A stretch of 64,000 nt of DNA, from NCBI GenBank assembly GCA_050951325.1, contig JBMNIW010000001.1, positions 288,001 to 352,000 on the forward strand, given 5' to 3'. The stretch is from Clostridia bacterium. GTDB lineage: Bacteria; Bacillota; Clostridia; UBA1212; DUPL01. This document shows positions 1 to 9,940 of this stretch, piece by piece; the first letter of the stretch is position 1, and each line of letters starts with the position of its first letter. Made by a program: the position numbers and the translations under genes. The notes beneath the pieces are model-generated. The model saw only the letters and a list, made by a program, of their open reading frames with translations. It was not told the origin of the DNA and ran no database searches.

Positions 1-828
1 CACGAAGCCCAGACAATCATATCCTCTGTAAGCATACATAACAAAGAACTTAAAACAGGATGTCTGAAGATGGTATACAAAGACAGTTTTTCATCTTTTC
101 GTACCAGTGAGGGCTTTAAACTTTTCTACATAACTCAAGGAGAAAGCAACTGCCTCATAAACCAGAACCTGTTGTCCCTCGAAAAAGACGACATTTTACT
201 GATTTCGGCTTACGATACATATTTAATGAACGAAAACATGCCCATGACAAAGGTGCAGTTCAACAAGGAATTTTTATACAGATACTTCAGTCACGATGTG
301 GTGGACAATGTGCTTACGTGCTTTAACAACAAGCAAATACGATTAAAAGGTGAAAAACTCTCGCTAATAAGGACAAAACTGCAGAATCTTAAAGAGTCTG
401 AAAATGAGGATGACAGAATACCGGCCTTCATTCATCTGTATGAGATTCTGTTCTTGCTGTCAAGAGAGAAAAAGGGAGTTATTAGGGATGCAAGTCACAA
501 CCCATATGTGTACAAAATTATTAACTACATAAATAAATATTACTCCACAATTTTTACTGTCGATGACATCGCAGAATATTGTGGAGTATCAAAACATCAT
601 TTATGTCGTGTATTTAAAGAGAATATGAATATGACCATAATTTCATTCCTTAATCAAGCAAAAGTAAACAATGCATGCAAGGAACTTGTTGAAACGGATA
701 ATCAAATCCTGCAGATTGCACTCAATAACGGTTTCAATTCAGCCTCCTACTTCAATTATGTATTTAAAAAGCAGACAGGTATATCACCGATTGAGTACAG
801 GAACATACATACAAAGAAATCTAAATAA
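1..828 (+). CDS. AraC-family transcriptional regulator (frame open to window edge; may be 5'-partial)
   Basis: C-terminal double HTH (IAEYCGVSKHHLCRVFK...IALNNGFNSASYFNYVFKKQTGISPIEYR); no stop codon in frame from position 1 to the ATG at 70. Confidence 0.9.
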   Translation, partial: HEAQTIISSVSIHNKELKTGCLKMVYKDSFSSFRTSEGFKLFYITQGESNCLINQNLLSLEKDDILLISAYDTYLMNENMPMTKVQFNKEFLYRYFSHDVVDNVLTCFNNKQIRLKGEKLSLIRTKLQNLKESENEDDRIPAFIHLYEILFLLSREKKGVIRDASHNPYVYKIINYINKYYSTIFTVDDIAEYCGVSKHHLCRVFKENMNMTIISFLNQAKVNNACKELVETDNQILQIALNNGFNSASYFNYVFKKQTGISPIEYRNIHTKKSK

Positions 829-944
829 GGTCTTCGAAGTCAACACCTATGAAATCCAGACCACTTACTGTAACTTCCTCTTCCGTTTCAAATATCACAA
901 CATCCATTTGCGGATCCTCGTATATCTTTTTCATAAGCTCCTCC

Positions 945-2240
945 TTACTCAAACCATGACCTTACAGCCGGATCAAGGCTGTCTGCTTCGTTGTTTTCAA
1001 CTATTTCCTGGTATACCCTTGAAAGCGAATTCTCCTGAACAGAGGTATATAAATAAATTATATTTCCATCGGAATCTTCACATTCAAGCCATACTCTCGC
1101 CAGAATAATTGTTTCCTTTGCAGTATCAGGTATGTTATATATGTAAATGGATTTGTACATATTACCATTCACATCAACATCAATCATCTCCGGCTGTGCA
1201 ACCAATCCATCAATCTTGCCAACCTGTTCCAAAACCATTATATTTGGATCTGACAATTTATCTTTCAGTATGACAAGTCCACCTAAATCTTTGACAGTGT
1301 ACTCTTTACCCTCATAGTCAAATACTTCACCAACACCCATTACATCAAAGCAGAATCTCAGACCCTGTCTCAAATCACTATCTACTATCTCGCCACTTTT
1401 GGTTCTGAAGGGTACCAGTGTTGATCTTATCTGGGAACCTGAATATGATGCAGCTGCTTCCGGAGCAGTTGGAACAGAATCATCCACACTGTATATCTCT
1501 ATGGAATCAACAATGGTTTTTGTACTATGGCTGAAAATCTTAAAGTACCCCGTCTGCCCCTTCAGATTGTTTGCCGCTTCATAAATAACATTGTCGTCCT
1601 TATCATATGCAGTAAGCATGTCTCCCGATATTTTAATTGACAGAAACAACACCCTGGGTTCTTCAGGTGTATCCATGTAGTACCTGACAGTGTCATTGTC
1701 ATCAACTATGTAAAGTGTATTAGTCTCCGCAAAGTTGGCTGGAATGTCAATACTAAAAGCTCCTCCAGGCCAACCGCCACTACCATGATAGACAACTGCT
1801 TTATTGGTGTGGGCAATTCCTACATACAGTCCAGAGTTGGCATCTCCTGGTTTAAAATCGTTCTTGTCGTTACCTGCAACCCTAATGCCTACCATGCATG
1901 AGTACCAAAGGTCATTTCTAAAGCCATTACTGTTGAATTTGACTACATACTCATATTTCTTATTCTCTTCATCAAAATCCAACCTTTGGTTTGCAATATA
2001 TGCTTCAGCAGCTTCTCCCCAGTCGTTGTCATTGATGTTAAAACCCATATACAATTGCTCATTTTCTATCTTGTGCCATGCATTAAAACGGAATATTGCC
2101 TTTGGATTGGCTTTATTATCCTCAAACCCATCACAATACACCAGTGTTTTTGTTGACGAGGCAGTTATGCCGCTTGTCAAACTGAATAATATAGCCAGGA
2201 TTAAAACAAATATGATAGTCTTCTTCCCTTTTACAAACAT
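945..2240 (-). CDS. Secreted hypothetical protein, beta-rich N-terminal domain
   Basis: AAGGAG RBS before ATG at 2240; signal-peptide-like N-terminus MFVKGKKTIIFVLILAILFSLTSGITA. Confidence 0.75.
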   Translation of the reverse strand: MFVKGKKTIIFVLILAILFSLTSGITASSTKTLVYCDGFEDNKANPKAIFRFNAWHKIENEQLYMGFNINDNDWGEAAEAYIANQRLDFDEENKKYEYVVKFNSNGFRNDLWYSCMVGIRVAGNDKNDFKPGDANSGLYVGIAHTNKAVVYHGSGGWPGGAFSIDIPANFAETNTLYIVDDNDTVRYYMDTPEEPRVLFLSIKISGDMLTAYDKDDNVIYEAANNLKGQTGYFKIFSHSTKTIVDSIEIYSVDDSVPTAPEAAASYSGSQIRSTLVPFRTKSGEIVDSDLRQGLRFCFDVMGVGEVFDYEGKEYTVKDLGGLVILKDKLSDPNIMVLEQVGKIDGLVAQPEMIDVDVNGNMYKSIYIYNIPDTAKETIILARVWLECEDSDGNIIYLYTSVQENSLSRVYQEIVENNEADSLDPAVRSWFE

Positions 2241-2395
2241 ATCCAAATCTCTCCTTTTTATCTGGTAAGCAAAGATTATCAAAAAGATTTCTATGTGTCT
2301 TCTGATATATTGAGGGAGATTTAGATATATTGATTTTTTTCTATGTTATATAGCAAAAACAATAAGAATTAATGTGATACGATAATACTGACTTA

Positions 2396-3127
2396 TCAAT
2401 ATTTCTGAACCGGCTCTTCTGAGCTTATTATTCTAAATAGATTTTCAACCTCATCATCAGTTAAATGTCTCCATTTGCCTACAGGCAAGGTGCCAAGCTC
2501 TATATTCATAATTCTAATGCGTTTCAAATTGACAACCTTGTAACTCAGTTTGGTACACATTCTCCTTATTTGCCTGTTCAATCCTTGTGTAAGAATTATT
2601 TTAAATGCTCTGTTATTAATCTTCACAACCTTGCAGGGATTGGTTATCGCATACTCATTTCTAACTGGATTGTATATCTTAACGCCCTTTGACATTTTTT
2701 TCAGGAACTCATCCGTTATATCCTTGTCAACGGTCACAACATACTCCTTTTCATTATTGTTGGTGCTTCTTAAAACCTTGTTAACTATTCCACCGTCATT
2801 GGTAAGAAGAATCAACCCTTCGGAATCCTTGTCGAGTCTTCCTATAGGGAAGATGCGTTCAGGATAGTTTACAAAATCAACAATGTTTCCCTCTATATGT
2901 CTTTCCGTTGTGCATACAACACCCCTTGGTTTGTTCAGTGCGATATATACATATTCGCTTTTACCTTTAAGAAGTTTCCCATTTACCTCTACCACATCAT
3001 CCGGACTCACATCAGTACCAATTACTGCAACTGTATTATTTACCTTGACCTTCCCCTGTTTAATAAGTTCATCAGCCTGCCTTCTTGAGCATAGACCAGT
3101 TGAACTAATATATCTATTTAATCTCAT
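2396..3127 (-). CDS. S4-domain rRNA pseudouridine synthase (RsuA/RluB/RluF family)
   Basis: N-terminal S4 domain (MRLNRYIS..SRRQAD), catalytic GRLDKDSEGL, QGLNRQIRRM. Confidence 0.93.
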   Translation of the reverse strand: MRLNRYISSTGLCSRRQADELIKQGKVKVNNTVAVIGTDVSPDDVVEVNGKLLKGKSEYVYIALNKPRGVVCTTERHIEGNIVDFVNYPERIFPIGRLDKDSEGLILLTNDGGIVNKVLRSTNNNEKEYVVTVDKDITDEFLKKMSKGVKIYNPVRNEYAITNPCKVVKINNRAFKIILTQGLNRQIRRMCTKLSYKVVNLKRIRIMNIELGTLPVGKWRHLTDDEVENLFRIISSEEPVQKY

Positions 3128-3206
3128 ATGTTCTCCTTTTCATTCTTCTTAAAATCACATATATTATCCCAACTAGTGTTTTATCTATGCCAGTTGTGAC
3201 TTGAAC

Positions 3207-3250
3207 AAAAAAAACTCCCCTTTAGGGCATGCAGCCATTACGGGGAGGTT
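3207..3250 (-). terminator. Rho-independent terminator-like hairpin between metG and the pseudouridine synthase gene
   Basis: Minus strand CTCCCC...GGGGAG followed by T8. Confidence 0.7.
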
Positions 3251-3309
3251 GCTATAACAATATATTCCACATAAATATATAAATCAATTGTATTTTGGTT
3301 AATTATGTG

Positions 3310-4941
3310 TTACGTATTGGTTATTTTTAGTCTGTTCCTTTCCTCTTCTATTACATCCTTGTCTATCCTTTCAAAAAGAATAGAGATATCGGTAAGCTGG
3401 TGGCCTTCCTTGACAAATTGAGGTTTCCAAGCTCTATCCAAACCAAGCCAGTCAATGGCTTTCTGCGAGGAAAAAGGAAGGATGGGCTCCAGCAAGACAG
3501 CAAGATTTGCAATTATCTGCACACAGTTATACAGTGTATTAAAACACTTTTCCTTATCACCGTGTCTCGTTTTCCACGGCTCCATTGTGTCGTAGTATTT
3601 GTTGCCAAAGCGCACAAGGTCAAAAATAACCTCAAGTGCTCCTTTAAACTGACCGTCTTCAAGCAAACTGCCTGCCTCTGAATATGCATCGTTAATCTTT
3701 TTTTCGATATCCTTTTCCAAGGCCCCGCAAGGAACAACTCCGTTATTATACTTAACTATAAAAGCCAGCGTCCTGTTGACAAAGTTGCCATATACCCCTA
3801 CAAGATCCGAATTGTTCCTCTCTGCAAACTCATGCCAGGAAAAGTCCGAATCCCTTTTCTCAGGACCATTTGCTAGGAAAAAGTATCTCAAAGAATCAGA
3901 ATTGTACCTGTCAACAATATCCTTTAACCATACCGCCCAGTTTTGACTTGTTGATATTTTTCTGCCTTCCAATGTCAAATATTCGCTTGAAACAATATCG
4001 TCAGGTAGTCTCAAGTTGTCACCATGAGCAATCAGCAGTGCAGGAAGAATTATCGTATGAAAGGGTATATTATCCTTGCCGTGGATGTAATAATGGCGTG
4101 CATTGCTTCCCCACACTTCCTTAAAATCAACACCCCTTTCATCTGCCACCTGTTTGCTGGCTGACAAATAACCAAGCACATTCTCCGCCCAAATGTATAT
4201 CTTCTTATCCTCAAACCCTAATCTGGGGACATCTATTCCCCAGTCAATGCTCCTGGTTATAGCTCTGTCCCTCAGTCCTTCATCCAGATATCTTTTGGTG
4301 AAGGCATAGGCATTCTTTCTCCAATGTGGTTTTGATAGCAGATAGTCCGAAAGATGCTTTTCCAGCTTTGATATGGCAAGATACAGCTGTTTGGTTGCAT
4401 AAAATACCACATTGGCTCCACATTCTGAACAAACAGGATCAATCACAGTATGCGGTTCCAGTACAGTACCACAATTGTCGCACTGGTCTGATCTTGTCTC
4501 CTTATTACAAATCGGACACAACCCTATTACAAGCCTGTCAGTTAGAACCTTTCCACATTGCTCACAATAAGCTTCAGGAGAAGTCTTTTCGTATACAAAC
4601 TCACTATCGTAAAGCTTTCTGTGAAACTCTGTCACAAATTCCTTATGAGCTTTATCCGTGGTCTTGGTATACAAATCATAACTAAAACCAAGCTTATCAA
4701 ATACACGCACAAACTCTTGATGATAAAATCCAGATATCTCTTCCGGTGTACGGCCTTCCTGCCTCGCCCTTATTGTCACCGGTGTTCCGTGACAATCACT
4801 TCCTGAAACATAAAACACCCTGTCACCTTTCAACCTATAATATCTTGCAAGAACATCACCAGGCAGCAAGGCTGCAATATGTCCTATGTGAAGGGAACCA
4901 TTGGCATAAGGCCACGCACCGCCAATAACTATGTTTTTCAT
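3310..4941 (-). CDS. metG: Methionine--tRNA ligase (short, MetRS2-like)
   Basis: PYANGSLHIGH (HIGH motif), four CxxC zinc-knuckle motifs, KISTS (KMSKS equivalent); Met T-box upstream. Confidence 0.96.
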   Translation of the reverse strand: MKNIVIGGAWPYANGSLHIGHIAALLPGDVLARYYRLKGDRVFYVSGSDCHGTPVTIRARQEGRTPEEISGFYHQEFVRVFDKLGFSYDLYTKTTDKAHKEFVTEFHRKLYDSEFVYEKTSPEAYCEQCGKVLTDRLVIGLCPICNKETRSDQCDNCGTVLEPHTVIDPVCSECGANVVFYATKQLYLAISKLEKHLSDYLLSKPHWRKNAYAFTKRYLDEGLRDRAITRSIDWGIDVPRLGFEDKKIYIWAENVLGYLSASKQVADERGVDFKEVWGSNARHYYIHGKDNIPFHTIILPALLIAHGDNLRLPDDIVSSEYLTLEGRKISTSQNWAVWLKDIVDRYNSDSLRYFFLANGPEKRDSDFSWHEFAERNNSDLVGVYGNFVNRTLAFIVKYNNGVVPCGALEKDIEKKINDAYSEAGSLLEDGQFKGALEVIFDLVRFGNKYYDTMEPWKTRHGDKEKCFNTLYNCVQIIANLAVLLEPILPFSSQKAIDWLGLDRAWKPQFVKEGHQLTDISILFERIDKDVIEEERNRLKITNT

Positions 4942-4967
4942 TGTAAACCCCCATTTCAAAATATATT

Positions 4968-5255
4968 AAAAAAGCTCCCGCCCAGAAATATAATTTCTGG
5001 GACGAGAGCCAAGCTTCGTGGTACCACCCAAATTCATCCATTCCTCACGAAATGGACCTCTTCAAGTACGGGTAAATCATATCGTTTACCGATACTCTAT
5101 CTCTATAACGGGAGATCCCGTCGTAGCCTAAAAGAATAATTCTTCTCGGTACGCTGCTCCGAGGCCATGTTCGAAAGCCGTCGCTTTGCCCATTCTCAGC
5201 CCCCTGGGTTCTCTGTAAAAGCTATTGCTTCCTACTCTTCTCTTCAACGCATTTT
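4968..5255 (-). ncRNA. T-box riboswitch, Met specifier
   Basis: Stem I AGTA/AGAGA/GGCTGA motifs, specifier GAAC-ATG-G at 5166-5168, T-box AATTTGGGTGGTACCACG at 5017-5034, terminator hairpin with U-tract. Confidence 0.95.
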
Positions 5256-5302
5256 AAGTTTTATTTTATTTTGTGAAATATTAACACAAATGAGCTAAAA
5301 TA

Positions 5303-6559
5303 TCAACTTTTCACATCCAGAGTTAAAAACCGGGATGTTGTGATATAAGGGTTACCGCATACATGAGTTGTAAGCTCAATGTAGTAACTGTGTGCATCTT
5401 CAGGAAGCTTTACATGAATCACATCTCCCTCCACACTGCAGTCCACGGTAAACCACTCCTGATCTATTGTATCACACCACTCCAATTTATACCTACCATT
5501 GCGTGAATAACTGAGTTTCTCTTTAATATAATATGCTTTTGCAGTAACTTCATCCGCATCCTCAGGTATATCCATATAAAAAGAAACATTTCTTTCAGTC
5601 CCAATCTTTTCAATACATGTCGCAAAGGGCTTTGTACCTTTTACAATACAATCAGCAAACCTGTAAATCTCAGGAGCAATCCACCCTTCAATATGACCGT
5701 GCTGCATGTCCTGCTTCATTGAAAGAATGCCGTTTTTCGTATCTGCAAAGGATTTGTCGTTGGAATTGATGGAAAAACAAGAGTCATCAGTCCAACAGAG
5801 CCATAAAACTGGCATTTTTACACTATTCAATCTATGTGAAGGTTCCCAGATTTCTTTTGTTCCAGGATAGTTAAAATTGTCTTTAATCCAGGCAAGACTC
5901 TCATAAAGGTATCCGCTTCCATACACAGGTATGGCAAAGAGAAATCTGTCATCATAACCAATTGCAATTGAAGCTATTACACTTCCCCAGGAAATACCCG
6001 TAAGCCCTATTTTATCCTTGTCCACAAACTCCAACTGTCTTAGGATAGTGTTAGCTATTATGGTTTGACTGACTGCATGATACATCCATTGTTTATCAAA
6101 TGACTCCATGGATGTTGTCATGTTGTCAAAGTCAGGAGGAAGCACATAATCGTCATCCCTTAGTTCGCGTGTCCAGTTCTCAGGGTTATAGAAGTCGGTG
6201 ATTCCAGGCTTTACTGGATAGTAACCTGTATTGGCTATGGCAATGGCAGCATAACCTCTATCCGTCCATTCCTTTATCCAGGAAGGAAAGGTCCTGCCTC
6301 CTCCACCGTGTTGAAGAACCATACCTGGGACAGGATTGTCCTTTGATGCGTTTTCCGGAAAACCTATATATGCAAAAACCTTTGTGGGTTTACCCATATG
6401 TTCCTCTCCAATTATCCACATGGCTTTCATATTGGGATAACCTGCAGGATCATAATCAGAGCAATACTCAAATACAGCATCCTTTTTCTGTTTCAGCCCG
6501 GACAGCAGTATTTCCAATTCTATCTTTCGCTTGTCGTTATCATGATTCACAATTAACAC
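5303..6559 (-). CDS. Alpha/beta hydrolase (acetyl xylan esterase/dipeptidyl peptidase-like)
   Basis: PGMVLQHGGGG and nucleophile elbow GISWG. Confidence 0.8.
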   Translation of the reverse strand: MLIVNHDNDKRKIELEILLSGLKQKKDAVFEYCSDYDPAGYPNMKAMWIIGEEHMGKPTKVFAYIGFPENASKDNPVPGMVLQHGGGGRTFPSWIKEWTDRGYAAIAIANTGYYPVKPGITDFYNPENWTRELRDDDYVLPPDFDNMTTSMESFDKQWMYHAVSQTIIANTILRQLEFVDKDKIGLTGISWGSVIASIAIGYDDRFLFAIPVYGSGYLYESLAWIKDNFNYPGTKEIWEPSHRLNSVKMPVLWLCWTDDSCFSINSNDKSFADTKNGILSMKQDMQHGHIEGWIAPEIYRFADCIVKGTKPFATCIEKIGTERNVSFYMDIPEDADEVTAKAYYIKEKLSYSRNGRYKLEWCDTIDQEWFTVDCSVEGDVIHVKLPEDAHSYYIELTTHVCGNPYITTSRFLTLDVKS

Positions 6560-6573
6560 CTTCGTTTACTCAT

Positions 6574-7108
6574 TTAGATTCCATTTGACGCCTCTATATG
6601 CTTTTGTATTTCTTCTTCATGTATTTTGCAGTACTCAAAACTGGACATCATGAATGTACGAATATCCATCTCATCATACATCTTGTCTACAACCTCAAGC
6701 ACATAGTCTCCGTTTACCTTCATATCGAAAAAGAAGGGATAAATACAACCTCCATTTTCTCTTGGAAAATACGGTTCAATTGAAGCAAGACGCGGATCTT
6801 TTTTTATACTTTCCACCACCATCTCACTCAATATCCACTTCAATGACGGTATTTCATATTCTTCATATGAATCCTGAAACAGATTATTCCACACATGAAA
6901 CCAAACAAAGTAAATTTTCTCATGTACGGAAAAACCAATGGCCCCCTTCTCACTGATTAGGTAAAAAAACTCAAAAATGCTCTTTATCCAGCTGAGGATA
7001 AAACCAAAAAAGAGGGTCCGTCCAGAAGGAAGTTGCTTCTTCTGTCTGAAACCCAAGAATACTTTCAACCATGTGGTCAGCACCAGGATTTACAAATTCA
7101 ATATTCAT
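6574..7108 (-). pseudogene. Disrupted hypothetical protein (frameshift/deletion near 6970)
   Basis: RBS GAGAGG + ATG at 7108 gives MNIEFVNPGADHMVESILGFQ...EHF-stop; the C-terminal part (HEKIYFVWFHVW...) continues in another frame. Confidence 0.6.
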
Positions 7109-7118
7109 TACAACCTCT

Positions 7119-7703
7119 CTATTTCCTCTCATTCTTCAAAAGACCAATAAGTCCCATGGTGAGCGTTATAACTGTTTCAGCCATGAAGCGGGCTGATTTT
7201 TTCATATCATCGTCTAGCCACTTTTGAACAATTCCCACACATCCTGTTATGGTAAAGGAGTATACGTACTCCGCATCCTCTTTTGTAATGTTGCTGTTGT
7301 CTGTCAGTTCGTTTATGATGGTGTCATATACAAGGGTCATTACACTTTTCTGAAAGTTAAGACCACCTTTTTCGCTAAGGAGTATCTTGCATATTTTGGC
7401 ATTCTGTTTTATGTACTCAAAAATCTTCTCTGCCAGCAATACTGAATCAACTTCATCCTCGCTCTTTTCAAGTTCCGCCAAATAGTCCCTTATGTTGTCA
7501 AGAAGTTCATCCTGAATCTTTCTCATCAGGTCATACTGGTCGGTATAGTGGGAATAGAAGGTGGAACGATTAATATCAGCATCCTTGCAAATTTCCTTGA
7601 TGGTAATCTGGGAGATATCTTTCTTTTCAAGAAGGTTTATGAAGCTTTCTTTAATAACCATTCTTGTATACCTTACTCTTCTATCAAGCTTTACTTTCTT
7701 CAT
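7119..7703 (-). CDS. TetR/AcrR-family regulator
   Basis: DRRVRYTR...ITIKEICKDADINRSTFYSHY HTH; divergent from the MMPL operon. Confidence 0.93.
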   Translation of the reverse strand: MKKVKLDRRVRYTRMVIKESFINLLEKKDISQITIKEICKDADINRSTFYSHYTDQYDLMRKIQDELLDNIRDYLAELEKSEDEVDSVLLAEKIFEYIKQNAKICKILLSEKGGLNFQKSVMTLVYDTIINELTDNSNITKEDAEYVYSFTITGCVGIVQKWLDDDMKKSARFMAETVITLTMGLIGLLKNERK

Positions 7704-7873
7704 TCACCACACCTCAATTTGCTGAATTTTGTTATATATCAATCACATTATACTCATATGTTTGACAACTAACATATAATAAGCATCTGTCTGTTGAGTT
7801 TTATCCATAATGTTATTAAACTGTATATATAATGTTTTGTCAACATCGTGTGCGTTAACAAAGGTGAGAGGAT

Positions 7874-9940
7874 ATGGACAGATTCTCGAATGCTATTATC
7901 AATCACAAAAGAATTGTTTTCTATCTATTTATAATTGCAGCACTGGTTTGCGCATTCCTGGCCATGTTTGTATCTGTCAATTACAACATGGTAGACTATC
8001 TCCCGAAGGATGCGCAATCCACTGTTGCGATTAGGATAATGGAGGACGAGTTTGAGAATGATTTTCCAAACGCAAGAGTCATGATACAGAATGTTTCTGT
8101 CATGGAAGCTTTTGAGTACAAGAAAAAGCTATCTTCCATAAGCGGGGTTCAATCTGTCACCTGGCTGGATGATGTAACAGGTATCGACATATTAAAAACC
8201 ACTCCTCTTGAGTTTTTGGACAATGCAATAGTTGAGAACTACTACAAGAACAAAAGCGCACTCTACACATTAACCATAGAAAGCGGCAAAGAACTGGATG
8301 CACTGAATGAAATATATAAGGTCATAGGGAAGGATAACGCAGTATCGGGTGATGCGGTCAGTCTTGCCAAAACTCAGGAGATGTCGGCAACAGAAGTATT
8401 AAAGGCTCTTGGAATACTTTTGCCGATAATAATTGTAATTCTTGTTGTATCAACCACATCATGGATTGAACCTGTTTTGTTTCTGTCCGCCATAGGTGCA
8501 GCAGTTCTAACCAACATGGGTACAAACCTCATATTTAAAGAAGTCTCATTTATAACCTTAACCGTAAGCCCCATATTACAGCTGGCGGTATCCATGGACT
8601 ATGCAATCTTTCTGCTTCACTCCTTTGAACATCACCGAAGAGATCACGAACCCAAACAAGCAATGGCTCTTGCAATGAAGCAGGCAGTACCAACCGTTGC
8701 AGCAAGCGCAATAACAACTGTCATTGGTTTTGCAGCACTGCTATTTATGCGTTTTGGGGTTGGTTCGGATTTAGGGCTCAACCTTTTTAAAGGTGTGTTA
8801 TTAAGCTTCATCTCAGTTATGGTGTTTTTGCCTGCCTTGACACTAATGCTCCATAAACTTATAGATAAAACCAAGCACAGAAAGCTGATACCAAGTGTTA
8901 ACAAGGCAGGCAATCTCTTAATGAAGCTTAGAATACCTTCATTAATAATTGCCCTACTTATAGTAATACCTTGCTTCTTAGGCCAGTCAGAAACAAAATT
9001 CCTTTATGGAACGGGAAGTATAGCTAATGTTGACCGCATAAAAAGAGATACAACCCTTATCAACAAAGAATTTGGCGATGAAAACATTTTTTCCTTGCTC
9101 GTACCAAAAGAAAATCCGGGCAAAGAGTCAGAACTCGCAAGCGAACTTGATAAGATGCCTTATGTTACAAACGTGGTTTCTTATTCAACTTATGTAGGCG
9201 CTGAAATTCCTCAGGAATTTGTTCCTAAGGATGTGTCAAAACAGTTCTACTCAGACAATTATGTAAGAATACTCATATACACCGACATGAAGGACGAAGG
9301 AAAAGAAACCTTCAAAACCGTTGAAACGATTAAAGATACTGCGGGCAAATATTACGATGAACATTACCTGGCTGGACAAAGCGCAACCTTATACGATATG
9401 AAGAATGTTCTTGATGTCGATACGAATGTGGTAAACGGCATTGCAGTACTTGGAATATTCATAACACTCCTCGTTACATTCCGCTCTTTGTCACTTCCAT
9501 TTATCCTCCTCTTCACCATTGAAACTGCCATATGGATAAATTTGTCCATACCATATTTCATGGGTAGTTCCTTAAGCTACGTAGGCTACCTCATTGTCAG
9601 CACAGTTCAATTAGGAGCAACCGTTGACTATGCCATACTGTTTACCAACAGTTATCTTGAAAACAGGAAGTCTCTCAGCAAAAAAGAAGCCATGACCAAA
9701 ACCATACAAACAAACGTATCTGCCATACTTACCTCAGCAGGCATTCTTGCCAGCGCAGGTTTTGCCATGGCCTTAACCACAAGTATACCCGTGGTTTATG
9801 ACCTTGGCGTCCTTGTTGGCAGGGGAACCTTGCTGTCCCTTGCCATGGTAGCCTTGGTATTACCTGCTTTGCTTGTTCTGTTTGACAAGGCAATTATGAA
9901 GACAACATTGAAAAACCAGTTTAAAATGGAGGGTGATTAA
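7874..9940 (+). CDS. MMPL/RND-family membrane transporter
   Basis: Duplicated TM+loop architecture with LAVSMDYAIFL and LGATVDYAIL motifs. Confidence 0.9.
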   Translation: MDRFSNAIINHKRIVFYLFIIAALVCAFLAMFVSVNYNMVDYLPKDAQSTVAIRIMEDEFENDFPNARVMIQNVSVMEAFEYKKKLSSISGVQSVTWLDDVTGIDILKTTPLEFLDNAIVENYYKNKSALYTLTIESGKELDALNEIYKVIGKDNAVSGDAVSLAKTQEMSATEVLKALGILLPIIIVILVVSTTSWIEPVLFLSAIGAAVLTNMGTNLIFKEVSFITLTVSPILQLAVSMDYAIFLLHSFEHHRRDHEPKQAMALAMKQAVPTVAASAITTVIGFAALLFMRFGVGSDLGLNLFKGVLLSFISVMVFLPALTLMLHKLIDKTKHRKLIPSVNKAGNLLMKLRIPSLIIALLIVIPCFLGQSETKFLYGTGSIANVDRIKRDTTLINKEFGDENIFSLLVPKENPGKESELASELDKMPYVTNVVSYSTYVGAEIPQEFVPKDVSKQFYSDNYVRILIYTDMKDEGKETFKTVETIKDTAGKYYDEHYLAGQSATLYDMKNVLDVDTNVVNGIAVLGIFITLLVTFRSLSLPFILLFTIETAIWINLSIPYFMGSSLSYVGYLIVSTVQLGATVDYAILFTNSYLENRKSLSKKEAMTKTIQTNVSAILTSAGILASAGFAMALTTSIPVVYDLGVLVGRGTLLSLAMVALVLPALLVLFDKAIMKTTLKNQFKMEGD

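Noticed and set aside
671-1108. 145-aa ORF and the many other short overlapping or antisense ORFs in the track
   Set aside because: They overlap well-supported genes and have no protein-like motifs
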